Shown here piece after piece: positions 53,139 to 64,000 of a stretch of DNA of 64,000 nt. The position numbers and the translations under genes were made by a program. Below the pieces are notes generated by a model that did not search any database, was not told the origin of the DNA, and saw only the letters and a list, made by a program, of their open reading frames with translations. Location: sequence record NC_021529.2; one strand, 5' to 3'. How positions within the stretch are numbered: the first letter of the stretch is position 1; the number at the start of each line of letters is the position of its first letter.

Positions 53139-53487
53139 CTGAGTGATTTTTGATTAGCTCTTCACTTTTGAGTGTAGTGACATCAACTTCTTCTGGAGTG
53201 AATGCGTTGTTTTTCATCACTGGTGCTTCGATCTTTTTGAATTCATCTACTTTGTGCTTGTGTACATCGGTAACGACTTCAGTCGCAGTAGGTCGAGTGA
53301 TTGGTGACGTTGCAATTTTGTAACCACTGAACACTAGAGTCAGAAGAACAGATGCAGCAATGATTTTACCGTATGGTAATACAACTTTAATTTTAAAGAT
53401 TGATGAGATTATGTATACGATCAGAAGTGCTAGTAATACCACTGAAAGTAGTCCGACAACCGGTGCAACGACAAGTAAGAATTCCAT
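53128..53487 (-). CDS. 2-TM membrane protein
   Basis: Two hydrophobic segments. Confidence 0.65.
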   Translation of the reverse strand: MEFLLVVAPVVGLLSVVLLALLIVYIISSIFKIKVVLPYGKIIAASVLLTLVFSGYKIATSPITRPTATEVVTDVHKHKVDEFKKIEAPVMKNNAFTPEEVDVTTLKSEELIKNHSATN

Positions 53488-53540
53488 TATATTTTCCTTT
53501 TTGAAGAGAGGGCAGCGACATGCTGCCCTTTTTGTTTTGA

Positions 53541-54416
53541 TTATTTAATCGGAGTTTGTACTGCGATATCGTCTAGCATTTCAGTCGGGATGAACACTTT
53601 GTTCGTAGATTTAGCAAGCTCACGTAGAGTTTTTTGCTCTTCTAGGAAACGTACGTTTGCGTTCATCAGCTTGTCAGCAACCAGTTTCTTGGTTTCAGCT
53701 TCGTACAGTTCGATCTCACGCTCACGTTTCGACACTTCTTCGCGAGTTGCGATTGTTAGTAAGTCTAGCTTACGCTGTGCTTTAAGCGTATCTTCTGCTT
53801 GACGACGTTCAGCAGACTTAACTTGTGCGTCGGTGATCGTTGGTGGATACACGACATCAGTAACGCCTACGACTTTAAGTACGAACGGTGTATCTGATAG
53901 CTCTTTATTCAGTCGATCTTTAACGAACTGATTCAGTGCTTCACGACTCGATGCCACCTCTGCAATGCTGTATTCAGCGATGATCGATGGGATGATTGTA
54001 TTCAGCTTAGCTCGTGCATAGCGAACGAACACGTCTTTCTGTGAAATCACACCGAGTTGATCTGTTTTCGCAGCAAACGGAACTTTCGCAAACACGAAGT
54101 TGTACTTCGCAGGATCTACAGTCATCGTCATTTCAACGTCGTAGTCAAGCATCAGTTCGTCTTTCGGCATGAACGTTTTGAACTTCATTTCGTAGAAGCT
54201 ATCTGACACATCTAGAAGAACTAGACGATCAGGGTAGCGCCATGCGTAGTCAAGACGGAATTTTGATGGTTGACGCGGTTCAGCACTCAAGTCGAAGCCA
54301 TCTTTCGTTTGAATCTTGCCGACGAAACCAGTTGGAATTTCAGCAGGTGTACCACAGCCAACAAGTGCTAGACCTAGACCAGCGACTGCAAGTAGTTTTG
54401 AAAATTTCTTAATCAT
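53541..54416 (-). CDS. SPFH/band-7 domain lipoprotein
   Basis: Lipobox LVGC, SPFH core, C-terminal coiled coil. Confidence 0.75.
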   Translation of the reverse strand: MIKKFSKLLAVAGLGLALVGCGTPAEIPTGFVGKIQTKDGFDLSAEPRQPSKFRLDYAWRYPDRLVLLDVSDSFYEMKFKTFMPKDELMLDYDVEMTMTVDPAKYNFVFAKVPFAAKTDQLGVISQKDVFVRYARAKLNTIIPSIIAEYSIAEVASSREALNQFVKDRLNKELSDTPFVLKVVGVTDVVYPPTITDAQVKSAERRQAEDTLKAQRKLDLLTIATREEVSKREREIELYEAETKKLVADKLMNANVRFLEEQKTLRELAKSTNKVFIPTEMLDDIAVQTPIK

Positions 54417-54495
54417 GTATTGCTCTCTTAGTTAATGAAGTTTAAATCACAATCTCGTTTGTTTGTGCGCTTCGTTGCGCTGACGAGATACATAT

Positions 54496-54524
54496 TATTC
54501 AAAACGTATCGCAGTGTCAACACT
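54496..54524 (-). promoter_or_regulatory. Sigma70-type early promoter for the SPFH cassette
   Basis: TTGACA-17-AATAAT. Confidence 0.6.
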
Positions 54525-54557
54525 TTTTTATAAATAATTTTAAATTAGGAGAAAACT

Positions 54558-54977
54558 ATGGCTATAGCAGAGCTAAACACACTGAAGCCGGGACACTACT
54601 ACTATAGTGATATCCCTGCTAACTTTAGCAAAAGCGTTGTTAATAATGACATCAGTGCATCGTATGACTTAAAAGCAATACAAGAATCAATTGTCGGCAT
54701 CGTAGGGACGAAGAAAGGCGATAGACCGTTCAATCCCGAATTCGGATGTGATATCAGCAATCAACTTTTTGAAAACATTTCAGCGGCAAGCGCGTTTGCT
54801 ATCAAATACAGCATCGAGAACGCGATCTCTAAATGGGAGCCGCGTGTAATCATCAAAAAGATTGAAGTTCTACCGTTATATGAACAAAACACGTACGAAG
54901 TTGTTGTTCAGTATCACTTACGAACGAACTTCGACCGATTGTTCGCACTGAAAACAAGTCTCAACAATAGACTTTAA
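54558..54977 (+). CDS. gp25: Baseplate wedge subunit
   Basis: AI..SI..I..T.KG.RPF.P.FG; I..WEPRV; TATAAATA upstream. Confidence 0.92.
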   Translation: MAIAELNTLKPGHYYYSDIPANFSKSVVNNDISASYDLKAIQESIVGIVGTKKGDRPFNPEFGCDISNQLFENISAASAFAIKYSIENAISKWEPRVIIKKIEVLPLYEQNTYEVVVQYHLRTNFDRLFALKTSLNNRL

Positions 54978-55055
54978 CAATAGCCCGCAATAGCGGGCTT
55001 TTTTGTGCATTAAATATAAGAAACGAAAATACAAATTTACCAACAGGGGAATAAC

Positions 55056-57014
55056 ATGGCAACTAACTCGAATTTACCTGTTAGTTCTGGCTCATTTGAG
55101 ACAATCAAACAAGACTTGATTCAATTCCTAAAAGGACAGGATGAGTTTAAAGATTACGATTTCACGGGAAGTCGTCTTAATGTACTGACAGATTTGCTTG
55201 CATACAACACAATGTATATTCAGCACTACTCGAATGCAGCGTTGTTCGAGGGTTTCATGCGAACAGCACAGAAACACAGCAGTGTTGTTCAACACGCACA
55301 AGACATGGGATATGCACCAAGCTCGTTGTCAGCAGCAACACACACAATTGGCATCAAAGCATATCACGCAGCTAACCCAGTTGAGATCACACTAGGCACT
55401 GGTACTCGTTTCAGTGCAGACGTTGATGGTATTGATTACTACAGCTACATCGTATGGGAACCGCATATTCTAATCGGTGCTAAGCAAGACCCGCTAAATC
55501 CTGCTAGTCCGTTGATCTATCAAGATCAGATTGATTTGGTTCAAGGTACGCTAGGTCGATATGAAACGTTGTTTAGCGAAACCGAAGCAATTACAATCAA
55601 AGATCCAGATTTAGATCGCAACTATGTTCGCGTATTCGTTGACAATGCAGAGTGGACAAACTGGACAGACAAATCGATTGTAAACGTTACAGGCGGTTCT
55701 AGCGTGTTTTATCTTCGCGAAACAGTAGACGGGTACACAGAAGTGTACTTCGGTGAAGGCGAATTGACTGATTTTACAGAGAATGCGGGAGCGTATAACC
55801 CTGGCTATATTGGTGGTCTACGACCAGTTGAAGGTCAGCGTATTCGTGTTCAATATGTTAAAACATCTGGTCCGCTTGCTAACGGCTCTAAGAACTTCAC
55901 GTGGGCTGATGACATTCCGAATTTCCAATTAGATGATAAGAACATCGACGACAACCCAAATGACGATGAGAACTTCGTAGGGTCAATTGGTGGTGGTTTC
56001 GCAGAAGGCACAGAACGTATTCGTGAACTTGCGCCTATATTCCGCGAGTCTCAACGTCGTTGTGTTACAAAACTTGACTATGAAACGTTCGTTTCGCAGA
56101 AGTTTGGTAATATAGTTCAAGCAGTACAGGCGTTCGGTAGCTCAGATAAACCGGGATATGTTTTCATTTCGATCAAACCTAAGAGCGGATTGACATTGCC
56201 GCAAGTAGCTCGTAATGACATCGAAGATTATCTTAAAGAGTTCAACATCGTTACAGTTACGCCAAAAGTTGTAGACCCTGACTATCTGTACATTAAGCAT
56301 AATCTACGCATTAACTACAGAACTGGCTCATTAACTGAAGGTGCTGACTATCTTAAAGCTCAGATAATCAATGCTATTTCTGACTATTACTACAACGAAG
56401 TAGAGATTTTCAACGCATCGTTTCATGTATCTAAGATGCTTAGCTATGTTGATGAAGCGCACACATCGATTCTAGGTTCTCGCTGTGACATCAGTCTTGT
56501 TCGAGAACTGAGAAACTTCGCTCAAACGCCGATGAGTGGATATAGCTTCTTGAACCCAGTAGAAGAACGTTCTGTTCGTTCTGAAGATATTAGATTCTTA
56601 CCTGAAGGGTATGACGTACAGATCAGAACTACTGATGCAAGAACTGCACCAACACAAGAAAACATCGGTACTGTGTTGTTAGGTCCATTCGCAGCAGGCG
56701 ATATTACGTCACCAATAGACCCAGAAACTGGTCTTGCTACTGGCGCATATACAGCAAACGATTTTGATCGTACGGTTGTTGGTGGTCGTAGTCTGTACTA
56801 CAGAGTCGGGACAATAAACTATGAATCTGGGTTGATGGATTATGATTTCATAAACTTGGGAATTAACTCATCGGATTGGGATGTTACAGGTAATCTAATC
56901 GTTACTGCATCACCAGATCGCGTGAATATATACACAGAAGATGGTAGCTTGATTGTATATGAGAACGAGCTCCGTCCTCAATACACTGACATCGTTCTAG
57001 AAGGTATTTCATAA
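55056..57014 (+). CDS. gp6: Baseplate wedge subunit
   Basis: Q.EF.DYDF.GS..NVL.DLLAYNT; Q.RCVT..DYE. Confidence 0.93.
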   Translation: MATNSNLPVSSGSFETIKQDLIQFLKGQDEFKDYDFTGSRLNVLTDLLAYNTMYIQHYSNAALFEGFMRTAQKHSSVVQHAQDMGYAPSSLSAATHTIGIKAYHAANPVEITLGTGTRFSADVDGIDYYSYIVWEPHILIGAKQDPLNPASPLIYQDQIDLVQGTLGRYETLFSETEAITIKDPDLDRNYVRVFVDNAEWTNWTDKSIVNVTGGSSVFYLRETVDGYTEVYFGEGELTDFTENAGAYNPGYIGGLRPVEGQRIRVQYVKTSGPLANGSKNFTWADDIPNFQLDDKNIDDNPNDDENFVGSIGGGFAEGTERIRELAPIFRESQRRCVTKLDYETFVSQKFGNIVQAVQAFGSSDKPGYVFISIKPKSGLTLPQVARNDIEDYLKEFNIVTVTPKVVDPDYLYIKHNLRINYRTGSLTEGADYLKAQIINAISDYYYNEVEIFNASFHVSKMLSYVDEAHTSILGSRCDISLVRELRNFAQTPMSGYSFLNPVEERSVRSEDIRFLPEGYDVQIRTTDARTAPTQENIGTVLLGPFAAGDITSPIDPETGLATGAYTANDFDRTVVGGRSLYYRVGTINYESGLMDYDFINLGINSSDWDVTGNLIVTASPDRVNIYTEDGSLIVYENELRPQYTDIVLEGIS

Positions 57015-60000
57015 TGGCGAATCTATTACAGGCACCTCCAATTATGGAGGTGTCAATCGACAAATTGACGCGAAATTACGCTGAATTGTCGTGGACAACT
57101 GTCGGCATGAATTTCAGATACGAAATTCATGTTCGTTCAGCGAGTAGCGCGGAAAGTGTATCGTCGCAACTGTACACGCCACTATACCCAAACCCATTCA
57201 CTAGCGAAACTCGACTTTTCACTGGTATCAACCCGTCAGTTCGTTACTACCAGTGGCGTATTCGTTCTGTATATAAAGGCTTTGAGCCTAGCGAATGGAT
57301 TGAATCTGATATTGGGTATGCGTCTAGTACAAACGACTATGATGTTAATAGTCAAGTCGAGTTTACTCCAGCTACATCGTTTATCGAGGCTAGACTGAAC
57401 AACGACAACGACCAATATCTGAACAGTCGAAATCAAATACAAGCGACACTAGTACGTCCAGGGTTTGAATTCGACCCAAACATGCTTAATGCTGATTCTG
57501 CATCTTACTGGTTCGTAACAAACCCTGGGTTTAGTGCAAACTACGGTAAAGTGCCATCAGTTTGTCAGTCAAACACTCGCGTAATCCCGTCTGTGATTGA
57601 TGACGTTGTATATGCATTCGAGCGTTGGCAAGAAGTTTGTAAAATATCGAATGATGGTGGTCAAACTTGGCAAACATATCGAGCAACTAACACTCGACTT
57701 GGAAATCCAGTATACGATTGTATTTGTCAGCAGTCAAACACGTTTAGTTACTTGCTTGGGTATGATTACTTGATTCAAGGCGTATCGTCAACCGATATCG
57801 ACTATTCACATGATAATGGTCTTGAGTATTCACATGCTTCGGTTGATCTAACATTCGACCGCCTTGACTTTGACCTTGGATTTGGTTATGAAGTAGAACG
57901 CTTCAAAGATCTAGCTATTCTTCCGCCTCAAGTTCGTCAAAAAGCAGATGCATTTGGCGTCGATGACGTAATGACAGTCGTAACGTATGCAAACACATAC
58001 GTATGGCATAATAACAGAATCCCAAGAATCTTTGATAACGTTTTATCTGATTTATATGGTGAGCGTATTTTCGAAACGACTGGTGAATTGAATAATGAAC
58101 CTGTTTACTTCGAAGGTAAAGTTGTTCTAAACGACATCAGTCGTCCTGATTTCGACGAAGACACAGCAGACGTTTGTGTAAAGAAAATTCAGTACTATGA
58201 TGACCCGTCGCAAGGTCTAGATTATCAAGACGGAAACATGTATGCGCTTGTTATCGGCGAATGGGAACATGACTCTAATGGAAAACGTATCGGAACATCC
58301 GATCCGAATAACATTCGAGGCGTGTATCGTCTAAATCGAACAGCAATAATGGATTCTGCGATTGTAATAGGGTACGAAAATCTTGCGTGGGAGCGCGTAT
58401 ACGGTAATATACAAGAAGAGCGTGACTTGTTAAATGAACGTTCTGTTATCTCTCGTGATACCACACACTTGATTGTGGGACATGATCTGACTAAGAACTA
58501 TGGCGAAGAGGGAAATCCTGCATACGACAATCGCCAAGAATCAAGTGGTGCACCGGGAAATTATCACTCACTACCGGGAAGTCACTACGGTACTATCGAT
58601 GACCCAGATTTAGTTCTTGAAAATCCAGATGTCAGCGAAGCAGTTCGTATGTTCTCGAAGCCATTCTTCACAACGTACGTTAAGCCGATGTCTCAGATTA
58701 TCGCGACTACAGATGGTGATACGTGGGATTATAAACCTCAAGATTACTACGGTGCTGCTCATTTTAACTGGATGCAACGTTCTCAGACTCGTGATTGGAA
58801 ATCATGGATAAATGAGATCATGTACTACAAACAAGAGTCTATTTTCAGACGTGATTTCGCAGATGGGCAAGATGTTCGTTGGAAAGAAACGTACAACGAA
58901 GGCGAATATTTGTTTGAAGCACCAAACTTGACAATCTTCGGATTCAACGGCTATGCAGCAGGCGCGATTATTCATTCTAAGAATGATAACAAAGTGATTG
59001 GGTACTACAAGTTCACTTATCGCGTAGACATTACTGCTCCGATACGTTGGTCTCCAGAGCGTAGAGTAATGGATGCTAGTTTGTCGAATTACACGCCAGT
59101 TATAATTGAACAACCAGCGCCAGACCCAACATCTATCATAGACCCAACACTAACACCGTTAGTCTACAAGATGATGCCTGAAAACTACTTGGATTCAGAT
59201 GGATTCTACAAGCAATTTGCGAAGTATTATCTTGATTTCATCAGTAAAGGTGATGGTACAGCATACAACAATGTGTACAACTTGTTGAATAGCAAAAACC
59301 CACTTGATGACCATTACACTGAGTATCTACACAAGCTAGTATACGAGCGTAACCGAATTCTAGAACCTGAAAAACGTGATGCAGTTGTTAAGTTCTTCTT
59401 AGCAAGACGCGCAGACTTCTACAGCACGAAGGGTATTCTTGATTCGTACAAGTTCTTGTTTAAATTGCTATACAATGAACAAGTTGATGTTGAGATCGAG
59501 TCGCTTAATACGTTCGAATATTCAATCGTTGTAAACTCTAATGATGTAACCGATGACATTGTTGGTCTTCGAATATTCACAGACACGGGTAATGCTGATG
59601 TGACATACGTTGATCGCCATTACATCGATGGTAAACGCTATTGGAAATTGACTCTTAACAACTTGATTGGTGAGTTGAATATCGGCGATTCTCTGCAAAT
59701 TGATGGACTTGATTTCACTGCAACTGCTATCACTGGTGTGCAAGGTGACAGAATCGACTATGATTCGAATGAATTTCTAGATAGAAGCAAATCGTACTAT
59801 GTTATGAAATTGCGTTCAGAGCTTCAATTGAGTCAGTACAAAGATGACGTAATTCGATTTGTACATCCAATCGGGTTTGGATTCTTGGGAATCACGCTAT
59901 TAACTGTGTTGATTAATCATGGTATTTCAGTTGATCATCATGAAACTGTTGTTGACTCGTATCGTTTAGTTCGTTACGACAATGGAATTGGGTTGAACTT

Positions 60001-60511
60001 CACTGAAGAAACATCATTGCTTGATTTCAACGATGAGAGAGTGTACAACTCGTTTGGCGAACTTCAACTGAAGCCTAACCCGCTTGCACTAGAAGATCCG
60101 TTAGATCATGCTATTCAAGATAGACTTACAAACACACAAGGTGTGACTATCACTGAATACAACGACTACTGGAGCAACGAGCGTATCATTGCGCTTGACG
60201 AATATACAGCGATTGATGAGCAACGATATATAGAAACAAGTACTGGCGATATAAACGACGAATGGGGCGGCATACAACGTACTATCAACCCTGATTATAA
60301 CCCAACTGCTAAAGTTCACGAAGCGGATGCAAACGGTTCTATTCAGTGGGGCATGACACCGTATGAGCGTGCACCTGCATTTATGTTTGACTGGTCGACT
60401 GGCGCAATGAGTATTTCAGACATGTACGAAGATAGCGACAACAGACTGAAAGATAACATTGGCAACCCGTATGACCCAGAAACGCCGACTCAAAAACAAA
60501 TAGGTGAATAA
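57014..60511 (+). CDS. gp7: Baseplate wedge initiator
   Basis: FN3-like N-terminus; FY..KG...SYKFLFK.LYN; HP.GF; synteny. Confidence 0.85.
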   Translation: MANLLQAPPIMEVSIDKLTRNYAELSWTTVGMNFRYEIHVRSASSAESVSSQLYTPLYPNPFTSETRLFTGINPSVRYYQWRIRSVYKGFEPSEWIESDIGYASSTNDYDVNSQVEFTPATSFIEARLNNDNDQYLNSRNQIQATLVRPGFEFDPNMLNADSASYWFVTNPGFSANYGKVPSVCQSNTRVIPSVIDDVVYAFERWQEVCKISNDGGQTWQTYRATNTRLGNPVYDCICQQSNTFSYLLGYDYLIQGVSSTDIDYSHDNGLEYSHASVDLTFDRLDFDLGFGYEVERFKDLAILPPQVRQKADAFGVDDVMTVVTYANTYVWHNNRIPRIFDNVLSDLYGERIFETTGELNNEPVYFEGKVVLNDISRPDFDEDTADVCVKKIQYYDDPSQGLDYQDGNMYALVIGEWEHDSNGKRIGTSDPNNIRGVYRLNRTAIMDSAIVIGYENLAWERVYGNIQEERDLLNERSVISRDTTHLIVGHDLTKNYGEEGNPAYDNRQESSGAPGNYHSLPGSHYGTIDDPDLVLENPDVSEAVRMFSKPFFTTYVKPMSQIIATTDGDTWDYKPQDYYGAAHFNWMQRSQTRDWKSWINEIMYYKQESIFRRDFADGQDVRWKETYNEGEYLFEAPNLTIFGFNGYAAGAIIHSKNDNKVIGYYKFTYRVDITAPIRWSPERRVMDASLSNYTPVIIEQPAPDPTSIIDPTLTPLVYKMMPENYLDSDGFYKQFAKYYLDFISKGDGTAYNNVYNLLNSKNPLDDHYTEYLHKLVYERNRILEPEKRDAVVKFFLARRADFYSTKGILDSYKFLFKLLYNEQVDVEIESLNTFEYSIVVNSNDVTDDIVGLRIFTDTGNADVTYVDRHYIDGKRYWKLTLNNLIGELNIGDSLQIDGLDFTATAITGVQGDRIDYDSNEFLDRSKSYYVMKLRSELQLSQYKDDVIRFVHPIGFGFLGITLLTVLINHGISVDHHETVVDSYRLVRYDNGIGLNFTEETSLLDFNDERVYNSFGELQLKPNPLALEDPLDHAIQDRLTNTQGVTITEYNDYWSNERIIALDEYTAIDEQRYIETSTGDINDEWGGIQRTINPDYNPTAKVHEADANGSIQWGMTPYERAPAFMFDWSTGAMSISDMYEDSDNRLKDNIGNPYDPETPTQKQIGE

Positions 60512-61535
60512 AGTGGCAAAAATTTACAGATCGACAATCACAACAGAGTATCGAGTTAACAACTTGATGAACTTCTACAATAACGTAGGTGATGGAGACG
60601 ACCAGAACACAATTTACCTCATGTTCGGTCGCAATGAACCATGGTCAGATCGCGAAGATGAAATAAACTTCGCGCCGCCATATCCGAACGATAGCCCAGA
60701 TGGAAAAGCTGATGTTTGGGCTCGTTCTCTTGGTATGATCAAAATACCTAAATCTCAGCTTCGCCCTGTACTTCCTCGTAAGGATTGGGGCGACCCTGAT
60801 TTGACAGATCCGCTACGTTTCACTTTTGGTGATATTGTAACAGTTAACACACTGAACATCAATAGTCACCCAAGTGCTCTTAGCGGTTATATGGTATATC
60901 GATGCGTTGATATACCTGAAACTGATCCTAATAACACGAATATTAGAGGGACGTGTTCAATCGTTACTGTGACAGACAAAAACGACTGTGTTGCAGTCGG
61001 TGGTACGTGGAATGCTCCATCATCGCCGGGTAACCAAGAGAACATCCCTCATGGTACAGGGAATGCAATAGAAACTGGCGACGGGTATGTATGGGAATAT
61101 CTGTACACAATACCGCCAAGTGAAGTGTTGACTAGTGTAACACGAGAATACATTGTTTGTCCATTCCCAGAAGATGTTATTTCAAATCGTGAGGCGTGGG
61201 GATTAGATCAGAACATCGTATTCAATGAGAATTATGATGAAACGATCTTCAGTGTTGGCGCAGTTCAGCTACGTTTTAGAGCAAAACTTGCAGGATCTGA
61301 TTTCATACACTTATTCGGACCTGGAAATCAGGGATATCGTCAACTTTCGCTTGTTCAAAACCCTCTTCTAATTCGAGAAGAAGGTGAAACATCAGACACA
61401 AAAGCGACAGCAACGAGATACAACCCTCACGAGATTCAAGAAGGTACGGGTCAGATAATTTACATGGAAAATCGTCAACCGATAAGAAAGACGCTCGACC
61501 AAGTAGAAGAGTTCAACTTGATCTACAACTTCTAA
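60504..61535 (+). CDS. gp8: Baseplate wedge subunit
   Basis: FGR.EPW; R.DW; GDGY.WEYLYTI; IY.ENR.PI. Confidence 0.9.
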   Translation: MNKVAKIYRSTITTEYRVNNLMNFYNNVGDGDDQNTIYLMFGRNEPWSDREDEINFAPPYPNDSPDGKADVWARSLGMIKIPKSQLRPVLPRKDWGDPDLTDPLRFTFGDIVTVNTLNINSHPSALSGYMVYRCVDIPETDPNNTNIRGTCSIVTVTDKNDCVAVGGTWNAPSSPGNQENIPHGTGNAIETGDGYVWEYLYTIPPSEVLTSVTREYIVCPFPEDVISNREAWGLDQNIVFNENYDETIFSVGAVQLRFRAKLAGSDFIHLFGPGNQGYRQLSLVQNPLLIREEGETSDTKATATRYNPHEIQEGTGQIIYMENRQPIRKTLDQVEEFNLIYNF

Positions 61536-61590
61536 TAAATATAGTAAATAACTCATTAGGCGCGAGTTCGCGCCTTTCTTGGAGATTAAG

Positions 61591-62547
61591 ATGGGACGAC
61601 AAAGATTAGAAACTGGTACTGCTGGTTCAGTAGGTACTGGTGACACTATTCACAACGGTGGTAACAAGCTTCGCGATAATTCAGATGAATTTTATCACAT
61701 CAATGCGGATTTTGAGCTAACCGACGCAGGGGAAAACTACATCCCTGCATATAACGACAACGCGCCTAGACCTCATGCAGGTGGTTATTGGAATAGAATA
61801 CCACCAAGTTCAACAGCAGGTGGTTCTGGTGGACCAAACAATACAAACTTGCTAACGTCTATCGTTACAGGTGGTAAGTACGATATCGACACATCAGCGT
61901 TAGGTGGCGGTGCTTCGATGACGTTAAATCTTCCTAAGATTGGTACGTCAGCAGGTCAAGCGAAACGCGGCGAGCGTATTGAGTTTCAGAATACAACAGC
62001 AACACTTGACACAAACCCGATTACAATTCAAGCGTCTGCGGGTGATGCGATTGTATCTGCATCTGAATTGAACGGCACTCACATCGTCAGAACTAATTAC
62101 TGTCATATTGTATGTACAGTAATCGATGATGGTACTGGATTAGCAGGTACTCCTCAATGGGGCATTAAGATAAACCCACTTGTAGGTGATTTTAGCGCGC
62201 CTGTTAATGACACGATATTTTCTATTCCAGATACTGTAACAGCAACCATGCCATTGTTCGATATACTTTCATTTGCATCATGTAAATTGATGGTTTATGC
62301 AGAGAACAGCGACCCGCTACAAGGTGGTGCTGTAACTCGAAGAATGACATCGGAAATATTGCTGCTAAATAATATAACAGATGTCTATATTGATGAATAT
62401 TCAGTAGTCAATACAGATAAAGAATTCGGCAACTTGATTCTGATTGAACCACGTGTTGATAACGGCGTAATCGTTCTTGATATCACATCAAATGACGACA
62501 ACGTTTCAATTGCTATCAAATCAATCGAAACAATCAGACTATCATAA
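61591..62547 (+). CDS. gp9: Baseplate tail-fibre connector
   Basis: G..GS.GTGD....GG.KL..N; follows gp8. Confidence 0.8.
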   Translation: MGRQRLETGTAGSVGTGDTIHNGGNKLRDNSDEFYHINADFELTDAGENYIPAYNDNAPRPHAGGYWNRIPPSSTAGGSGGPNNTNLLTSIVTGGKYDIDTSALGGGASMTLNLPKIGTSAGQAKRGERIEFQNTTATLDTNPITIQASAGDAIVSASELNGTHIVRTNYCHIVCTVIDDGTGLAGTPQWGIKINPLVGDFSAPVNDTIFSIPDTVTATMPLFDILSFASCKLMVYAENSDPLQGGAVTRRMTSEILLLNNITDVYIDEYSVVNTDKEFGNLILIEPRVDNGVIVLDITSNDDNVSIAIKSIETIRLS

Positions 62548-62556
62548 GGGACAGCA

Positions 62557-64000
62557 ATGAAACAGACTATCAACGTCGGGCAAATTGTCGATGACGGTAC
62601 TGGTGACTACCTTCGTCAAGGTGGCATCAAGACACGTGACAATTTCGACGAAATATACAGTCATTTAGGCGACGGTAGCAGACTATATGCTGCCGGTGCT
62701 TGGCGAACTTGGAAGTATGCTTCCACATATCTTAACGGCGATACATCATACAACTCTGCTAATGCTGACCTATATTTCGACGAGTACGGTGATGGTCAAG
62801 GCCCAGAGCTTCATGCAAACTTCGGTGAATCATGGACTATCGATACTACACTAGGTGATGTCGATGTTTATCTGCCAGCAGGTGTTGAAGAAGCGGACTA
62901 CGGCAAAGCGATTCGCATACGCGACGTGAAGGGCGTTTGGGATAAGAACATAGTAACAGTCTACCCAGACTCTAAAGACTCTATAAAGCGCGTTGCAGCG
63001 TCTACACAGACGGATCTGGGTACAGGGGCTGAGTTTACTAACGCTTATCAAGATCTAGAGCTTGTTTTCACTCCGCCACGTCACTGGGAATATGTTGCTC
63101 AGAAATACGTTAACGGGTTGACTTTTGGTGATGTGCCTAGCGTTCTTCGTAGAGCAATAATTTCACGTCAAGGTCAACGTGATTTCAACATGTCACTAGA
63201 GCTTAATGGTGGTATTTACAACCAAGCAGCAGTTGAAGTTTATCGTCGAGGAAACTTGATGTACTTCGGTGACGATCTTAGTGATTTCAGCGACTACGGT
63301 TCAATCCCACTACACACAGTCGAAGATTGGGTTGAAAATAACCCAGAGACGTATTACGTAGGTGACTTAGTTCGTGGTGATGACATCACAGGGCGTGACG
63401 ACCGTATCTGGCAATGTATCGTAGAGCATAACAGCATCGGTGCATGGGAAGAAACAAAATGGGCTGAATTTGCAGATTTCCCGGACTATGCGTATCACGC
63501 TGGATCTACTGCATATAGCGTAGGCGATATTGTTCTTCAAGATCACGATGGGTATGTTCAATCATTTGAATGTTTGATTTCACATACATCAGCATCTGGA
63601 TATACAGATTTAACAGCAGATAGTCGATGGAAGCAGTTGACTAATGACGATCTAGCGCCTCTTGATGGACGCACGATTCGATTGCGTTTAGCAGCGAATG
63701 CAGGCGACCCGCTTGCTATGGTAACATATCTAAGTGATGTGTCAAGCTTCCGTAGCAGCTATATGCTGAAATCAATTAAGTTAATCGATGAAAATAACTA
63801 CGGCGTAGACGAACAGCCAGGCGCAGTTGTTAAGAAAGAATTTGTGCCGGGAATGTCGTTAAATCTAGTTGACTTCGGTCTTCCAGATTACACACAGTAC
63901 AACACTGAAACTCTAGAAGTGCTTGTCAACGGTAGTCAACTTACTCGTGCTAATACAGCAGGCAACGGTGATAGTGAGAATGGTGGCGAATATGACTTCG
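62557..64000 (+). CDS. gp10: Baseplate wedge/tail pin, partial
   Basis: MKQTINVGQIVDDGTGDYLRQGG matches the T4 gp10 N-terminus; open to the window end. Confidence 0.9.
   Translation, partial: MKQTINVGQIVDDGTGDYLRQGGIKTRDNFDEIYSHLGDGSRLYAAGAWRTWKYASTYLNGDTSYNSANADLYFDEYGDGQGPELHANFGESWTIDTTLGDVDVYLPAGVEEADYGKAIRIRDVKGVWDKNIVTVYPDSKDSIKRVAASTQTDLGTGAEFTNAYQDLELVFTPPRHWEYVAQKYVNGLTFGDVPSVLRRAIISRQGQRDFNMSLELNGGIYNQAAVEVYRRGNLMYFGDDLSDFSDYGSIPLHTVEDWVENNPETYYVGDLVRGDDITGRDDRIWQCIVEHNSIGAWEETKWAEFADFPDYAYHAGSTAYSVGDIVLQDHDGYVQSFECLISHTSASGYTDLTADSRWKQLTNDDLAPLDGRTIRLRLAANAGDPLAMVTYLSDVSSFRSSYMLKSIKLIDENNYGVDEQPGAVVKKEFVPGMSLNLVDFGLPDYTQYNTETLEVLVNGSQLTRANTAGNGDSENGGEYDF

Noticed and set aside
62551-62557. 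ACAGCAA just before gp10
   Set aside because: No flanking stem, CAAT or A-rich linker; chance match.

Overview
A 64-kb segment of a T4-like myovirus genome, probably infecting a Gammaproteobacterium (sigma70-type early promoters, TAAATA late promoters, AsiA). From left to right it holds: nrdA/nrdB/nrdC, an SLT-like protein, an AAA ATPase, gp52, QueE, an ART-like protein, an M15 peptidase, PhoH, AsiA and a Tad2-like protein (1-15 kb); a holin candidate and two paralogous tail fibres (15-22 kb); an RNase H-like YkuK gene and a helical+vWA (DUF2828, Ro60/TROVE-like) gene (23-25 kb); a minus-strand cluster of about 26 tRNAs mixed with ncRNA-like elements, late internal-protein-like genes and two endonucleases (27-40 kb); and gp57B(Acb1)/57A/1/3 plus the tail and baseplate module up to a partial gp10 (40-64 kb). 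The main candidate novelty is a family of about 9-10 structured RNA elements sharing stem-(T)ACAGCAAnCAAT...AAAAAAC-stem. It occurs as stand-alone RNAs carrying anticodon-loop mimics, as 41-49-nt insertions at position 28/29 of otherwise canonical tRNAs, and as a hairpin over the SD and start codon of the Ro60-like gene, which suggests a phage Ro-like protein/tRNA-mimic system. All RNA structures were folded by eye. The exact 500-bp duplication at 51901-52925 contains a 454/Ion Torrent adapter and is an assembly artefact, and two frameshifts are probably homopolymer errors.
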